DNA of 64,000 nt from Gammaproteobacteria bacterium (GTDB lineage Bacteria > Pseudomonadota > Gammaproteobacteria > Eutrophobiales > Eutrophobiaceae), in NCBI GenBank assembly GCA_963422205.2, contig CAXMWX010000001.1, positions 192,001 through 256,000 of the forward strand, written 5' to 3'. Below, one piece after another: positions 51,803 through 61,915 of this stretch. The stretch's first letter is position 1. Each line of letters opens with the position of its first letter. The position numbers and the translations under genes were made by a program. The notes under the pieces are model-generated. The model was not told the origin of the DNA, did not search any database, and saw only the letters and a list, made by a program, of their open reading frames with translations.

Positions 51803-52731
51803 CAGCCGGCCTTGCCGCTTCGCCGTTTGGGGTCCAGCCAGGCGCTGAGGACATCGGCCAGCAGGTTGAAGCCGATGATCAGGGTGGAGAAAAATAACGT
51901 CATGCCCAGTATCAGGGTATAGTCCCTGTTAAAAGCCGCCTGCACGTAATAGCGCCCCAGCCCTGGAATTTGAAACAGGGTTTCAACCACAAAAGAGCCG
52001 CCGATAAGGCCGGCCATCGCCGGCCCCAGAAAAGACACCACGGGCAGCAGGCCGCCTTTCAAGGCATGGCGGATGATGATCATCACCTCACTGACGCCTT
52101 TTGCCCTCGCCGTGCGAATAAAATCAGCGGATAAAATCTCCAGCAGGCCGCCGCGGCAAAGGCGGGCAATATAGGCAGCATAGGCCGAACCCAGGGTGAT
52201 CACTGGCAGCAGCTTGTCGCCAGGGATATTGCCCCAGCCAGCCACCGGCAGCCATGCCAGCCAGATCCCGAACACCAGCACCAGCGATGGGCCTAACACA
52301 TAAGATGGCAGGCAGATCCCGACCATGGCGATGGCCATAGGCAGATGATCCGACCAGGTATTGGGGCGCAAGACGGCAATGATGCCGCTGCTGATCCCCA
52401 GGATGAGCGCAAATAACAGCGCCCACAGGCCGAGCTCCAGGGTGACGGGCAGGCCGGCCGCGATGATTTCATTGACGCTGCGGCCGGGAAATTTGAATGA
52501 AGGCCCTAAATCGCCGCGCACTGCCTGGCTTAAATAGTCGATGAGCTGGACGTGCAGGGGTTGATCCAGCCGGTAGCGCTCGTTCAGTTTTTTCAAGATC
52601 GATTCTGGTACGGCTCTCTCCTCATCAAACGGGCCGCCCGGTGCCAGGTGAATCAGGAAAAACGTGGCGCAGGTAACGATCAGTAATATCGGTATGGCGT
52701 GTACCAGGCGTTGCAGGATGTAATTGAACAT
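51802..52731 (-). CDS. oppB: Oligopeptide ABC permease (OppB-like)
   Basis: APGGPF, GDLGPSF, RTARAKG, NRDY. Confidence 0.88.
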   Translation of the reverse strand: MFNYILQRLVHAIPILLIVTCATFFLIHLAPGGPFDEERAVPESILKKLNERYRLDQPLHVQLIDYLSQAVRGDLGPSFKFPGRSVNEIIAAGLPVTLELGLWALLFALILGISSGIIAVLRPNTWSDHLPMAIAMVGICLPSYVLGPSLVLVFGIWLAWLPVAGWGNIPGDKLLPVITLGSAYAAYIARLCRGGLLEILSADFIRTARAKGVSEVMIIIRHALKGGLLPVVSFLGPAMAGLIGGSFVVETLFQIPGLGRYYVQAAFNRDYTLILGMTLFFSTLIIGFNLLADVLSAWLDPKRRSGKAG

Positions 52732-52735
52732 GGCC

Positions 52736-54382
52736 TTAATTTCGTCCCGGCGTTCTCTCCAGCACCATGTGTTTGTATGAGCGATGGTCCATGATATTGG
52801 CGGCATAGCCCTTGACATCGGCATGGATCAGCATCTGTCGGGTGTAGGTGTATATCGGGATGATCGGCGCCTCTTGCATTAGTATCGCCTCGGCCTGCTG
52901 GAAATAAGCGAATCGTTGCTGTTGCTCTACCGTATTGGCAGCCGCCTTGATCAAGGCATCATAGTCGGTATTTGACCAGCCGGTGCGGTTGTTGCCATTC
53001 TCACTGGTGAACATGTCCAGAAAGGTATTCGGATCAAGATAATCGCCGATCCAGGCAGCACGGGCGATGTCATAATCGCCGCTGTCGGTGGTATCGAGAT
53101 AGACCTTCCACTCCTGGTTCTCCAGCGTGACCTCAATATTCAATGCCTGTTTCCACATCGCCTGGATGGCAATGGCGATCTTGCGGTGGGCATCGCTGGT
53201 GTTATACAGGATGGTCAGCGGCGGGAAACCCGCACCGTCGGGATACCCTGCCTCAACGAGCAGCTCCTTGGCGGCTGTAATGTCGTATGGCATGGTGGCC
53301 TCGGCGGTGTAACCATTGGTATCTGGCGGGGTGAAGTTATATGCCGGCAACTGCCCGCCACGGGTGATCTGCGCTACGATGCTGCGGCGATCGATGCTCA
53401 TCCCCAGGGCGCGTCTGATACGCTTATCCTCAAGCACGGGTATTCGGGTATTCAAGGCATAGTAATAGGTGCCAAGATAGGGATTGATACGCAATGGGGT
53501 ATGCGTTTTTTTGCGGTAGGTCGGCAGCCTCTCCAGCGGCACGGTGCTGGTGATATGCAGCTGGTTGGCCCGGAACATGTGCTCTTCGGTGGTTTGATTA
53601 TCGATAGGGTAGAAGCGTATCTCCTGAATGGCTACCCGCTCTCTATCCCAGTAGTGTGGGTTTTTTTTAACGATAATGACCCGATTCATCTGCCACTCTG
53701 TTAAGACATAGGCCCCGTTGCCGACATGTCGGCCCGGCCGGGTCCATGCCGTGCCTCTTGCATCTGCCGGCCCGTACTGCCTGATAATGTCAAGCGGCAC
53801 CGGGAAGTAGCTGTAGTGATCCAGCAGTTGCAGAAAATACGGCACAGGCCGTTCCAGTTCCACCAGCAAAGTACGATCATCAACCGCCCTGGCGCCCACC
53901 TGGGTGAAGTCGGTTATCTCGCCGAGGTTAAAGCGCTCGGCATTTTTCAAGGCATACAGATTATAGGCATAGGCATACGCCAAACCCGGGCTGAGTGCCC
54001 GCCGCCAGGAGTCGACAAAGTCCTGGGCGGTGAGCGGCTGGCCGTTTGACCAGCGGGCATCGGCCCGGAGGGTGAAGGTGTAGGTCTTCATGTCTGCGCT
54101 GATCTGCCAGCGGTCGGCCACGGCCGGCTGTATCGACAGATCGACCGGGTCCCGGCTGACCAGCCCCTCATTCAGGGCGATGATGAGATGATGTTCAGAG
54201 ACGCCGGTGACGACATGCGGGTCAAGCTCTTGCGGTTCGGTGCCGTTGCCGACATGCAGCACCTGATCGCGGGTGCCTGATTCCACATTGCTCTCAAAAT
54301 CCAGTGAACAGCTGACCATCGTCAGCAAAAATGCGACAACGGCCAGCCGGGCAGGGGGTTTATTCCTCATAGGTGAGGGCAT
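52736..54382 (-). CDS. oppA: Oligopeptide ABC substrate-binding lipoprotein (OppA-like)
   Basis: EPQELDP, ARWSNG, GNGAY, AWIGDYLDP; lipobox-like MVSC. Confidence 0.88.
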   Translation of the reverse strand: MPSPMRNKPPARLAVVAFLLTMVSCSLDFESNVESGTRDQVLHVGNGTEPQELDPHVVTGVSEHHLIIALNEGLVSRDPVDLSIQPAVADRWQISADMKTYTFTLRADARWSNGQPLTAQDFVDSWRRALSPGLAYAYAYNLYALKNAERFNLGEITDFTQVGARAVDDRTLLVELERPVPYFLQLLDHYSYFPVPLDIIRQYGPADARGTAWTRPGRHVGNGAYVLTEWQMNRVIIVKKNPHYWDRERVAIQEIRFYPIDNQTTEEHMFRANQLHITSTVPLERLPTYRKKTHTPLRINPYLGTYYYALNTRIPVLEDKRIRRALGMSIDRRSIVAQITRGGQLPAYNFTPPDTNGYTAEATMPYDITAAKELLVEAGYPDGAGFPPLTILYNTSDAHRKIAIAIQAMWKQALNIEVTLENQEWKVYLDTTDSGDYDIARAAWIGDYLDPNTFLDMFTSENGNNRTGWSNTDYDALIKAAANTVEQQQRFAYFQQAEAILMQEAPIIPIYTYTRQMLIHADVKGYAANIMDHRSYKHMVLERTPGRN

Positions 54383-54452
54383 TGTATTCTGAACTAAACA
54401 TAATTGCTGCAATCGCATATAATCAGGCACGAAGTTGCTCAGTGATAACGCC

Positions 54453-55484
54453 ATGACAACCTATTTTATCCGCCGCCTGTTACTCATCATACCCACTTTT
54501 ATCGGCATCACGATACTGGTATTTGCGATCACCCGTCTGGTGCCGGGGGGGCCTGTCGAGAGAATACTGACGCAGATCCAAATCGCCGGCGGCGAGCAGA
54601 GCAGCCGAGGCGCAGCGGATAATGCCATCGCAGGCAGCACCCTGTCAGCAGCGCAACTGGATCAGTTGCGTGCCTATTACGGCTTTGATAAACCGATCAT
54701 CATCAGCTATCTCACCTGGTTGGGGCAGGTGGTGCAACTCAACCTTGGCACCTCCACCCGTTACAGTGAGCCGGTCTGGCAGACGATCAAAGAGCGCCTG
54801 CCGGTGTCTGTGTTTTACGGTTTCTGGACCTTGCTCATCACCTATGCCGTGTGCCTTCCGCTGGGGATAGTCAAGGCCATAAGACACAACACGGCGATAG
54901 ATAATCTCTCTTCCATCGTGGTGTTTGTCGGTTATGCCATACCCAATTACATTGTTGCGATTATTCTGTTGATCCTGTTTGCCTCTATCTGGGAGATCTT
55001 TCCCCTGGGCGGGTTCATCAGCGATGATTTTGATGATCTGAGTGTTGTCGGCAAGCTGCTGGATCTGGCCTATCATGCCGTCTTGCCGCTGATCGCCTAT
55101 CTGGCCGGCAGCTTTGCTGTCATGACGTTCATGATGAAGAACTCGCTGATGGATAATCTGGCGGCTGATTATGTGCGTACCGCGATGGCCAAGGGGCTGG
55201 CGTTTCACCATGCCGTGTTCAGGCACGCCCTGCGTAACAGCCTGATCCCGATAGCCACCAACCTCGGCCAGACTATCAGCCTGTTCATCACCGGCTCTTT
55301 TCTTATTGAGAAGGTATTTAATATTAATGGGATTGGCCTGTTAGGGTTTGAGTCCCTGGTAGAGAGAGATTATCCCGTGGTCATGGGCATACTGGTCATC
55401 TCGTCCATTCTGTACCTGTTAGGTAATATCCTCTCTGATCTGTGTGTTGCCCTGGTTGACCCGCGTGTTAAGTTTGGTGCCTGA
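54453..55484 (+). CDS. Peptide ABC permease (YejB-like)
   Basis: YFIRRLLLIIPT, PGGPVE, YGFDKP, ERDYPVVMG. Confidence 0.88.
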   Translation: MTTYFIRRLLLIIPTFIGITILVFAITRLVPGGPVERILTQIQIAGGEQSSRGAADNAIAGSTLSAAQLDQLRAYYGFDKPIIISYLTWLGQVVQLNLGTSTRYSEPVWQTIKERLPVSVFYGFWTLLITYAVCLPLGIVKAIRHNTAIDNLSSIVVFVGYAIPNYIVAIILLILFASIWEIFPLGGFISDDFDDLSVVGKLLDLAYHAVLPLIAYLAGSFAVMTFMMKNSLMDNLAADYVRTAMAKGLAFHHAVFRHALRNSLIPIATNLGQTISLFITGSFLIEKVFNINGIGLLGFESLVERDYPVVMGILVISSILYLLGNILSDLCVALVDPRVKFGA

Positions 55485-55515
55485 GCAGGCTGCCCCGGTA
55501 TGATGTAAATCCATA

Positions 55516-56559
55516 ATGCAACTCAATCCGCTAACAAGAAAAAAACTACAGCGCTTTGCCTCCATACGGCGGGGTTATTTCTCGGCAATCATTTTATCTG
55601 TGGTGTTGCTGCTGTCTTTGTTTACCGAGCTACTCGTCAACAGTCGTGCCTTGCTGGTGCATTATGAAGGTGCGTATTATCTCCCTACCTATGGTGCGAT
55701 GATTGCCGGCAAGCATCTGGGGCTGGATTATCATTACGAGACGAACTATCGCGAGTTGAAGCAGTTCTATGCCGAGCAGGGCAGGGGGAACTGGGTGATC
55801 TTGCCGCCCGTGCCTTACAACCCCTATGAGAATGATCTGGTGGATGGTGCTTATCCGCCGTATCCGCCAACGATGGCGAACAAACATTATCTGGGGACTG
55901 ATACAACCGGCCGGGATGTGCTGGCCCGGCTGGTTTACGGCTTCAGGATCGCGATCCTGTTTTCCATGATTCTGCTGTTATGCAATTACCTTATCGGCAT
56001 CACGCTGGGCTGCCTGATGGGCTACTGGGGCGGCTGGTTTGATCTGTTGTTTCAGCGCATTATAGAAGTCTGGTCAAACATTCCTTTTCTGTATGTGATC
56101 ATGATCATCTCCTCCATCATCCTGCCGAACTTCTGGACGCTCATTATCGTGATGGTCTGCTTTGGCTGGATGGGCATGACCTGGTATATGCGAACGGCCA
56201 GCTACAAGGAAAAAGAGCGGGATTATGTCCTGGCTGCCAGGGCGCTGGGCGCATCCACCGGCCGCATTATTTTCCATCATATTCTGCCGAACACGGTGTC
56301 TATTATTGTCACGTTTATTCCTTTCTCCATCGCCGGTGGCATTACTGCCCTGACTGCACTCGACTATCTGGGTTTTGGTCTGCCGCCGCCGACGCCTAGC
56401 TGGGGCGAGTTATTACAACAGGGCACGGCCAATGTACATGCACACTGGATCGTGACCTCCGTGGTGGCCGCCCTGTGCATTTTGCTGATGATGGTCACGT
56501 TTATCGGCGAGGCCATCCGTGAGGCGTTTGATCCAAAAAAATACACGACCTATATCTGA
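55516..56559 (+). CDS. Peptide ABC permease (YejE-like)
   Basis: RRGYFS, LGTDTTGRDVLARLVYGFR, PSWGELL, EAFDP. Confidence 0.88.
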   Translation: MQLNPLTRKKLQRFASIRRGYFSAIILSVVLLLSLFTELLVNSRALLVHYEGAYYLPTYGAMIAGKHLGLDYHYETNYRELKQFYAEQGRGNWVILPPVPYNPYENDLVDGAYPPYPPTMANKHYLGTDTTGRDVLARLVYGFRIAILFSMILLLCNYLIGITLGCLMGYWGGWFDLLFQRIIEVWSNIPFLYVIMIISSIILPNFWTLIIVMVCFGWMGMTWYMRTASYKEKERDYVLAARALGASTGRIIFHHILPNTVSIIVTFIPFSIAGGITALTALDYLGFGLPPPTPSWGELLQQGTANVHAHWIVTSVVAALCILLMMVTFIGEAIREAFDPKKYTTYI

Positions 56560-56567
56560 GAGGGACG

Positions 56568-58445
56568 ATGCTGATAATGAAAAAATTGCTTTTACCGGCC
56601 GGTGTTGTTATTGCGGTTTTGCTGTCAAGTGCCTGTGACTCTGACCGGCAGGCAACAGAGCAACAGGCGACCACGGCCACCCAGCAGGTGCTGCCGCCCT
56701 ATCCGATCTCACCCTTGCCGGAGGGGCTGGCATGGGAGACCAACACGGACGATCCGGTGTTTGCTTCGGCTGATGCGGTAACTGGCGGGACGCTGCGCCT
56801 GTTCATGTTGAGCTTTCCGCTGACCTTGCGTACGGTGGGGCCGGATTCAAACGGCAGTTTTCGCAGCAATATTAATGGTAATCAGTTGTCATTAACCACC
56901 TTCCACCCCAACACACTGAATATCATCCCGCAGCTTGCCACGCATTGGGCCTATGGTGATGATGGTAAAACCATATATTACAAGTTGCAGCGGATGGCCA
57001 GATGGTCTGATGGCCGTGCTGTGACTGCCGATGATTATCTGTTCACGCTGGAGTTTATGCGCTCTGAGCATATCATTGCACCGTGGTATAACAATCATTA
57101 CCGCAAGGAAATTGTGGCGGTGAAAAAATACGATGACTATACCATCAGCGTGACCGGGGCAACTGAAAAGCCCAGGGCCGATCTGCATTATTATTATAAT
57201 TTAGTGCCAACCCCCAGGCACTTTCATGTGTTGGATAGGCATTGGGTCACAGCGTACAACTGGCGTATCCAGCCTAACACCGGCCCGTATCAAATCAGTA
57301 AAGTGAACAAGGGCAAGTCCATTGAGTTTGTACGAAAACCCGACTGGTGGGCTGATGAGCTGAAGTATTTTAAGAATCGTTTTAATGTCAGCAAGGTCAG
57401 GTTTACGGTGATACGTGATCTGGAAACGGCATTCAGGCATTTTCTCAAAGGCGAGCTGGACACCTTCAACATGGTTGATCCGAAGTTCTGGCATGAGCGG
57501 AGCAAACACCCGTTATTTAAAGAGGGGTATATCCACCGCATCTGGTTTTATAATGACACACCGCAGCCCTCCTATGGCTTGTTCCTGAATCAGGACAATG
57601 CGCTGCTCGCCGATGCGAATATTCGCTATGCCATCGCCCATGCGATCAACATGGACAAGTTGTTGAATAATGTATTGCGAGGGGATTATTCACGTCTGCA
57701 TAACATCCACACCGGCTATGGTGCGTACACCAATACGGCGATCCGCGCCCGTGGTTTTGATCTGGATAAAGTCGATGCCTACTTACAGCAGGCCGGCTGG
57801 CAGCAGCGTGGTGCAGATGGCATACGGGTGAAGGACGGTGTGCGCCTGTCATTTACCATCACTTACGGTGTGCCGGATCACACCGATCGCCTGATCCTGC
57901 TGAAAGAGGAGGCGAAGAAGGCCGGCATTGAATTGCAACTGGAATTGCTCGACAGCTCGGCGGCATTCAAGAAGATACTGGAGAAGAAACACGACATCGC
58001 CTGGATGGGCTGGAGTACCGGCCTGCGCCCGGCCTACTGGCAGCATTTTCATTCTGATAACGCCCATAAACCCCAGACGAATAATATTACCAACACCGAT
58101 ATCGCCGCGCTGGATACGCTGATTATGACTTACCGGGATGCGGTTGATGAGCCAACGCGCATCCGGCTGGCAAAAGAAATCCAGCAACAGATTCATGAGC
58201 AGGGCATGTATATCCCTACCTATATGGCGCCCTATGCCCGCTCGGCTTACTGGTCATGGATCATCCTGCCGGAATTCTATGGCACGAAATCATCGCTGTC
58301 ATTGTTCAATCCGTTTGATGCCGGTGGCAGTGGTGGCCTGTTCTGGATCGATCAGGCCCGGCGCAAGCGGGCAGAGCAGGCGAGGAGGGACAAGCAGAGC
58401 TTCGCCCCTGTCACCCTCAAAGATGAGACCTATCGGGTTTTTTAA
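56568..58445 (+). CDS. Peptide ABC substrate-binding lipoprotein (family 5, YejA-like)
   Basis: LSSAC lipobox, GGTLR, ARWSDG, TGPY. Confidence 0.85.
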   Translation: MLIMKKLLLPAGVVIAVLLSSACDSDRQATEQQATTATQQVLPPYPISPLPEGLAWETNTDDPVFASADAVTGGTLRLFMLSFPLTLRTVGPDSNGSFRSNINGNQLSLTTFHPNTLNIIPQLATHWAYGDDGKTIYYKLQRMARWSDGRAVTADDYLFTLEFMRSEHIIAPWYNNHYRKEIVAVKKYDDYTISVTGATEKPRADLHYYYNLVPTPRHFHVLDRHWVTAYNWRIQPNTGPYQISKVNKGKSIEFVRKPDWWADELKYFKNRFNVSKVRFTVIRDLETAFRHFLKGELDTFNMVDPKFWHERSKHPLFKEGYIHRIWFYNDTPQPSYGLFLNQDNALLADANIRYAIAHAINMDKLLNNVLRGDYSRLHNIHTGYGAYTNTAIRARGFDLDKVDAYLQQAGWQQRGADGIRVKDGVRLSFTITYGVPDHTDRLILLKEEAKKAGIELQLELLDSSAAFKKILEKKHDIAWMGWSTGLRPAYWQHFHSDNAHKPQTNNITNTDIAALDTLIMTYRDAVDEPTRIRLAKEIQQQIHEQGMYIPTYMAPYARSAYWSWIILPEFYGTKSSLSLFNPFDAGGSGGLFWIDQARRKRAEQARRDKQSFAPVTLKDETYRVF

Positions 58446-59431
58446 TGGCCACGGCAGGCACGTCTGTTCTGACCATTGAAGATTTAAGCGTCAGGTTCGC
58501 ATCGGATGAGGGCGACCATGATGTGCTGGATCGGGTGACGCTCACATTACGCCATAACCAGATCCTGGGGCTGGTGGGGGAGTCCGGTTGCGGTAAAAGT
58601 GTGACCGCCCTGTCTGTGTTGCGCCTGTTGCCGCAACCGGCGGGCCGGATTGTCGCCGGCCGTATTTTATTTGACGGGCAGGACCTGCTCACGGCAGCAC
58701 AAGAGGAGCTGTACAAAATTCGCGGCCGACGGATTGCCATGATCTTCCAGGAGCCGATGACGGCGCTCAACCCGGTGCAAAAGATAGGTCGGCAGATCGC
58801 CGAGGTGTATGAGTTGCACTTCCCGTCCATGTCGGCTGATGAGGTGATGACGGCGGTGATTGATATCGTCAATCAAGTCGGTATTCCCTCGGCCGAGCAA
58901 CGCCTGCAGGAATATCCGCACCAGCTATCCGGTGGTATGCGGCAACGGGTCATGATTGCTATGGCCCTGGCGCCCCGGCCAGCTATTTTAATCGCCGATG
59001 AGCCGACTACCGCCCTGGATGTCACCATTCAGGGACAGATCCTGGAGTTGTTGCAAGACCTGCAGGCGAAGTTTGGCATGGCGATCCTGTTTATCACGCA
59101 CGATTTAGGTGTGATTGCCAACCTGTGTGATGAGGTGGTGGTGATGTATGCTGGCCGGGTGGTGGAACACGCCGATACCCGGACATTATTCGCCGCCCCC
59201 AAACATCCGTACACGCAAGGCTTGTTACATGCCGTACCTAGGCTGGATGGCCCGGCAAAATCCAGGCTGGCAACGATTGAGGGGGCTGTGCCTGCCCCGG
59301 GCGAGTTTCCTCAAGGCTGCCGGTTTCAGGAACGCTGTGTGTTGAAGCAACCCGATTGCGAGCAGATCAATCCGCCCTTGCGAGCCGTCTCCGAACAGCA
59401 GCATGTCGCCTGTCTGCATTGGCAGGACTAG
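58445..59431 (+). CDS. Peptide ABC ATPase (OppD/DppD-like)
   Basis: [30 protein letters not shown]-terminal Cys cluster. Confidence 0.92.
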   Translation: MATAGTSVLTIEDLSVRFASDEGDHDVLDRVTLTLRHNQILGLVGESGCGKSVTALSVLRLLPQPAGRIVAGRILFDGQDLLTAAQEELYKIRGRRIAMIFQEPMTALNPVQKIGRQIAEVYELHFPSMSADEVMTAVIDIVNQVGIPSAEQRLQEYPHQLSGGMRQRVMIAMALAPRPAILIADEPTTALDVTIQGQILELLQDLQAKFGMAILFITHDLGVIANLCDEVVVMYAGRVVEHADTRTLFAAPKHPYTQGLLHAVPRLDGPAKSRLATIEGAVPAPGEFPQGCRFQERCVLKQPDCEQINPPLRAVSEQQHVACLHWQD

Positions 59432-60427
59432 ATGAGCCGCCCCCTGCTCCGGGTGCAGAACCTGAAGCAATACTACCCCATCAGAGGCGGGGTGTTATTT
59501 CGCACGGTGGCCGAGGTGCGGGCGGTGGATGATATTTCCTTTGATGTGTATCCCGGCGAGACCCTTGGTCTGGTAGGCGAATCCGGCTGTGGCAAGAGCA
59601 CCATCGCCAGGGCCCTGCTGCGGTTAGACGAACCAACAGCCGGCCGGATTGTGTTTGACGGGGCTGATCTGCTGGCTATGGACAGACACGCACTGCGCGC
59701 CATCCGCCAGCAGATACAGATCATCTTCCAGGACCCGGCCGAATCCCTCAATGCCCGACAGACAGTCGGTGCGATCATACAGGAGCCACTGGTCATTCAT
59801 AATATCGGCACGGAGGCAGTGCAGCGGCGAGAGGTGGCCGAATTGCTAGAGCGGGTGGGCCTGCCGGCCAGCGCCGCTGATCGTTATCCGCATGAGTTCT
59901 CCGGCGGACAGCGGCAGCGTATCGGCATCGCCCGGGCGATTGCCTTAAAGCCCCGCCTGCTTGTCTGTGATGAGCCGGTCTCGGCGCTGGATGTGTCCAT
60001 TCAGTCACAGATCATTAATCTGTTGCTGGAACTACAGCAGGAATTGCAGTTGACGATGGTCTTTATTGCCCATGATCTGTCGGTGGTCAAACACATCTCC
60101 GATCGGCTGGCGGTGATGTATCTCGGCAAGATCGTTGAAATGGGCACCGCCGCTGAGTTATATGCTGCGCCCGTGCATCCGTACACACGTGCATTGATCA
60201 GCGCAATCCCTGTGCCGGATCCGGTGAGGAGAAAGCCATTTGCTCGCTTGGCAGGTGAAGTCCCCTCGCCGATAAGCCCACCCTCCGGTTGCTATTTCCA
60301 TGGTCGTTGCCCGCATGCGGTACAGCAGTGTCAGGTGTTACAGCCAGAGTTGCTGACCATAGCCGGGCAGGGGGAATCCCCTCGGCAGGTCGCCTGCCAT
60401 TTGTCTGAGCAGTTTTTGGTCAACTGA
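59432..60427 (+). CDS. Peptide ABC ATPase (OppF/DppF-like)
   Basis: [29 protein letters not shown]. Confidence 0.92.
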   Translation: MSRPLLRVQNLKQYYPIRGGVLFRTVAEVRAVDDISFDVYPGETLGLVGESGCGKSTIARALLRLDEPTAGRIVFDGADLLAMDRHALRAIRQQIQIIFQDPAESLNARQTVGAIIQEPLVIHNIGTEAVQRREVAELLERVGLPASAADRYPHEFSGGQRQRIGIARAIALKPRLLVCDEPVSALDVSIQSQIINLLLELQQELQLTMVFIAHDLSVVKHISDRLAVMYLGKIVEMGTAAELYAAPVHPYTRALISAIPVPDPVRRKPFARLAGEVPSPISPPSGCYFHGRCPHAVQQCQVLQPELLTIAGQGESPRQVACHLSEQFLVN

Positions 60428-60584
60428 GCGCATACGGCTTCCCAAGGCGATGAGATTTATGTAGATTACCTGCCATGCCCGCCTGCCAGATAACGCCGGT
60501 CGGCGTGTCAGCCGGACAAGCCCTCTGGAGGCTTGCCGTTTGCCTGTAAGAGATAATGCATCATATAATTGAGAGTATCGCCCT

Positions 60585-61895
60585 ATGAGTTATGCCACCG
60601 GCAGGCGTGATGTCTATATTGTTGATGGCAGCCGCAGCCCTTTCCTCAGAGCCACGGGTGTGCCCGGGCCGTTCACTGCCTCGGACCTCGCCGTTCATAC
60701 CGCCCGTTCGTTGCTCGCCCGTCAGCCGTTTGCGGCCAGTGAGATCGATGCCGTTGTGCTGGGCTGCACCATGCCGTCACCGGATGAGGCCAATATCGGC
60801 CGGGTGGTTGCCCTGCGTCTGGGGTGCGGCGATCATGTGCCCGCCTGGACGGTGATGCGTAACTGTGGCTCCGGTATGCAGGCGATTGACAGCGGGTTAG
60901 GTGAGATTGACAGTGGCCGGGCTGATCTCGTGCTGGCGGGCGGCACGGAGGCGATGAGCCATGCCCCCTTGCTGTTCAGTCAGGCGATGGCAACTTTTCT
61001 GGGCAGGTTCCTGACGGCCAGGACCGTGCCGGGGCGGCTGCGATCTCTGCTGACCTTCCGCCCGAGTTCGCTGGCACCGGTCATCGCGCTGCAACGCGGG
61101 CTGACCGATCCGGTAGTGGGACTGAATATGGGGCAGACCGCCGAGCAGATCGCCTGGCGGTTTGGTATCACACGGGAGCAGATGGATGGCTATGCCGTAT
61201 GCAGCCATCAGCGCCTCCTGGCCGCACAGGAGGAAGGTCGTCTGCCGGAGATCGTCAACCTGTACGATGATAAGGGAAATTTTTATGATCATGATGATGG
61301 TGTGCGCAGAGACAGTGCAATGGAGAAGCTGGCGAGGCTGCGTCCGGTGTTTGATCGCCCCTTCGGGCAGGTGACCGCTGGCAACAGTTCGCAGATCACC
61401 GATGGGGCGGCCTGGCTGATCCTGGCCAGTGCCGAGGCGATGAACCGCTATGCGCTGACGCCGCTGGCAAAAATCAGTGACACGCACTGGGGCGCGTTAT
61501 CGCCGGCAGAGATGGGGCTGGGGCCGGTACATGCCATGACACCGATCATGCAGCGACAGCAGCTCAGCATCAGCGAGGTGGATTATTGGGAAGTCAACGA
61601 AGCCTTTGCCGGTCAGGTGCTGGCCTGCCTCGCTGCCTGGCAGGATGAGGCGTATTGTCGTGATCATCTCGGCCTCGAGGCGGCCATGGGTGCCGTGCCA
61701 CAGGATAAACTGAATGTCGATGGGGGGGCGATTGCGCTGGGGCATCCGGTGGGCAGCAGCGGGGCGCGTATTGTCCTGCATCTGTGTCATGTTCTGGCGC
61801 ATAATGAGGCCAGATACGGCATGGCCTCGTTGTGTATTGGTGGGGGTCAGGGTGGGGCGATGTTGCTGGAGAGGGCGGCAACGCCCCAAAATTAA
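60585..61895 (+). CDS. fadI: Acetyl-CoA C-acyltransferase (FadI-like thiolase)
   Basis: NCGSG, NEAFA, GGAIALGHP, CIGGGQG; upstream of fadJ-like gene. Confidence 0.85.
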   Translation: MSYATGRRDVYIVDGSRSPFLRATGVPGPFTASDLAVHTARSLLARQPFAASEIDAVVLGCTMPSPDEANIGRVVALRLGCGDHVPAWTVMRNCGSGMQAIDSGLGEIDSGRADLVLAGGTEAMSHAPLLFSQAMATFLGRFLTARTVPGRLRSLLTFRPSSLAPVIALQRGLTDPVVGLNMGQTAEQIAWRFGITREQMDGYAVCSHQRLLAAQEEGRLPEIVNLYDDKGNFYDHDDGVRRDSAMEKLARLRPVFDRPFGQVTAGNSSQITDGAAWLILASAEAMNRYALTPLAKISDTHWGALSPAEMGLGPVHAMTPIMQRQQLSISEVDYWEVNEAFAGQVLACLAAWQDEAYCRDHLGLEAAMGAVPQDKLNVDGGAIALGHPVGSSGARIVLHLCHVLAHNEARYGMASLCIGGGQGGAMLLERAATPQN

Positions 61896-61915
61896 ACATC
61901 AATGATGGCGTGACG

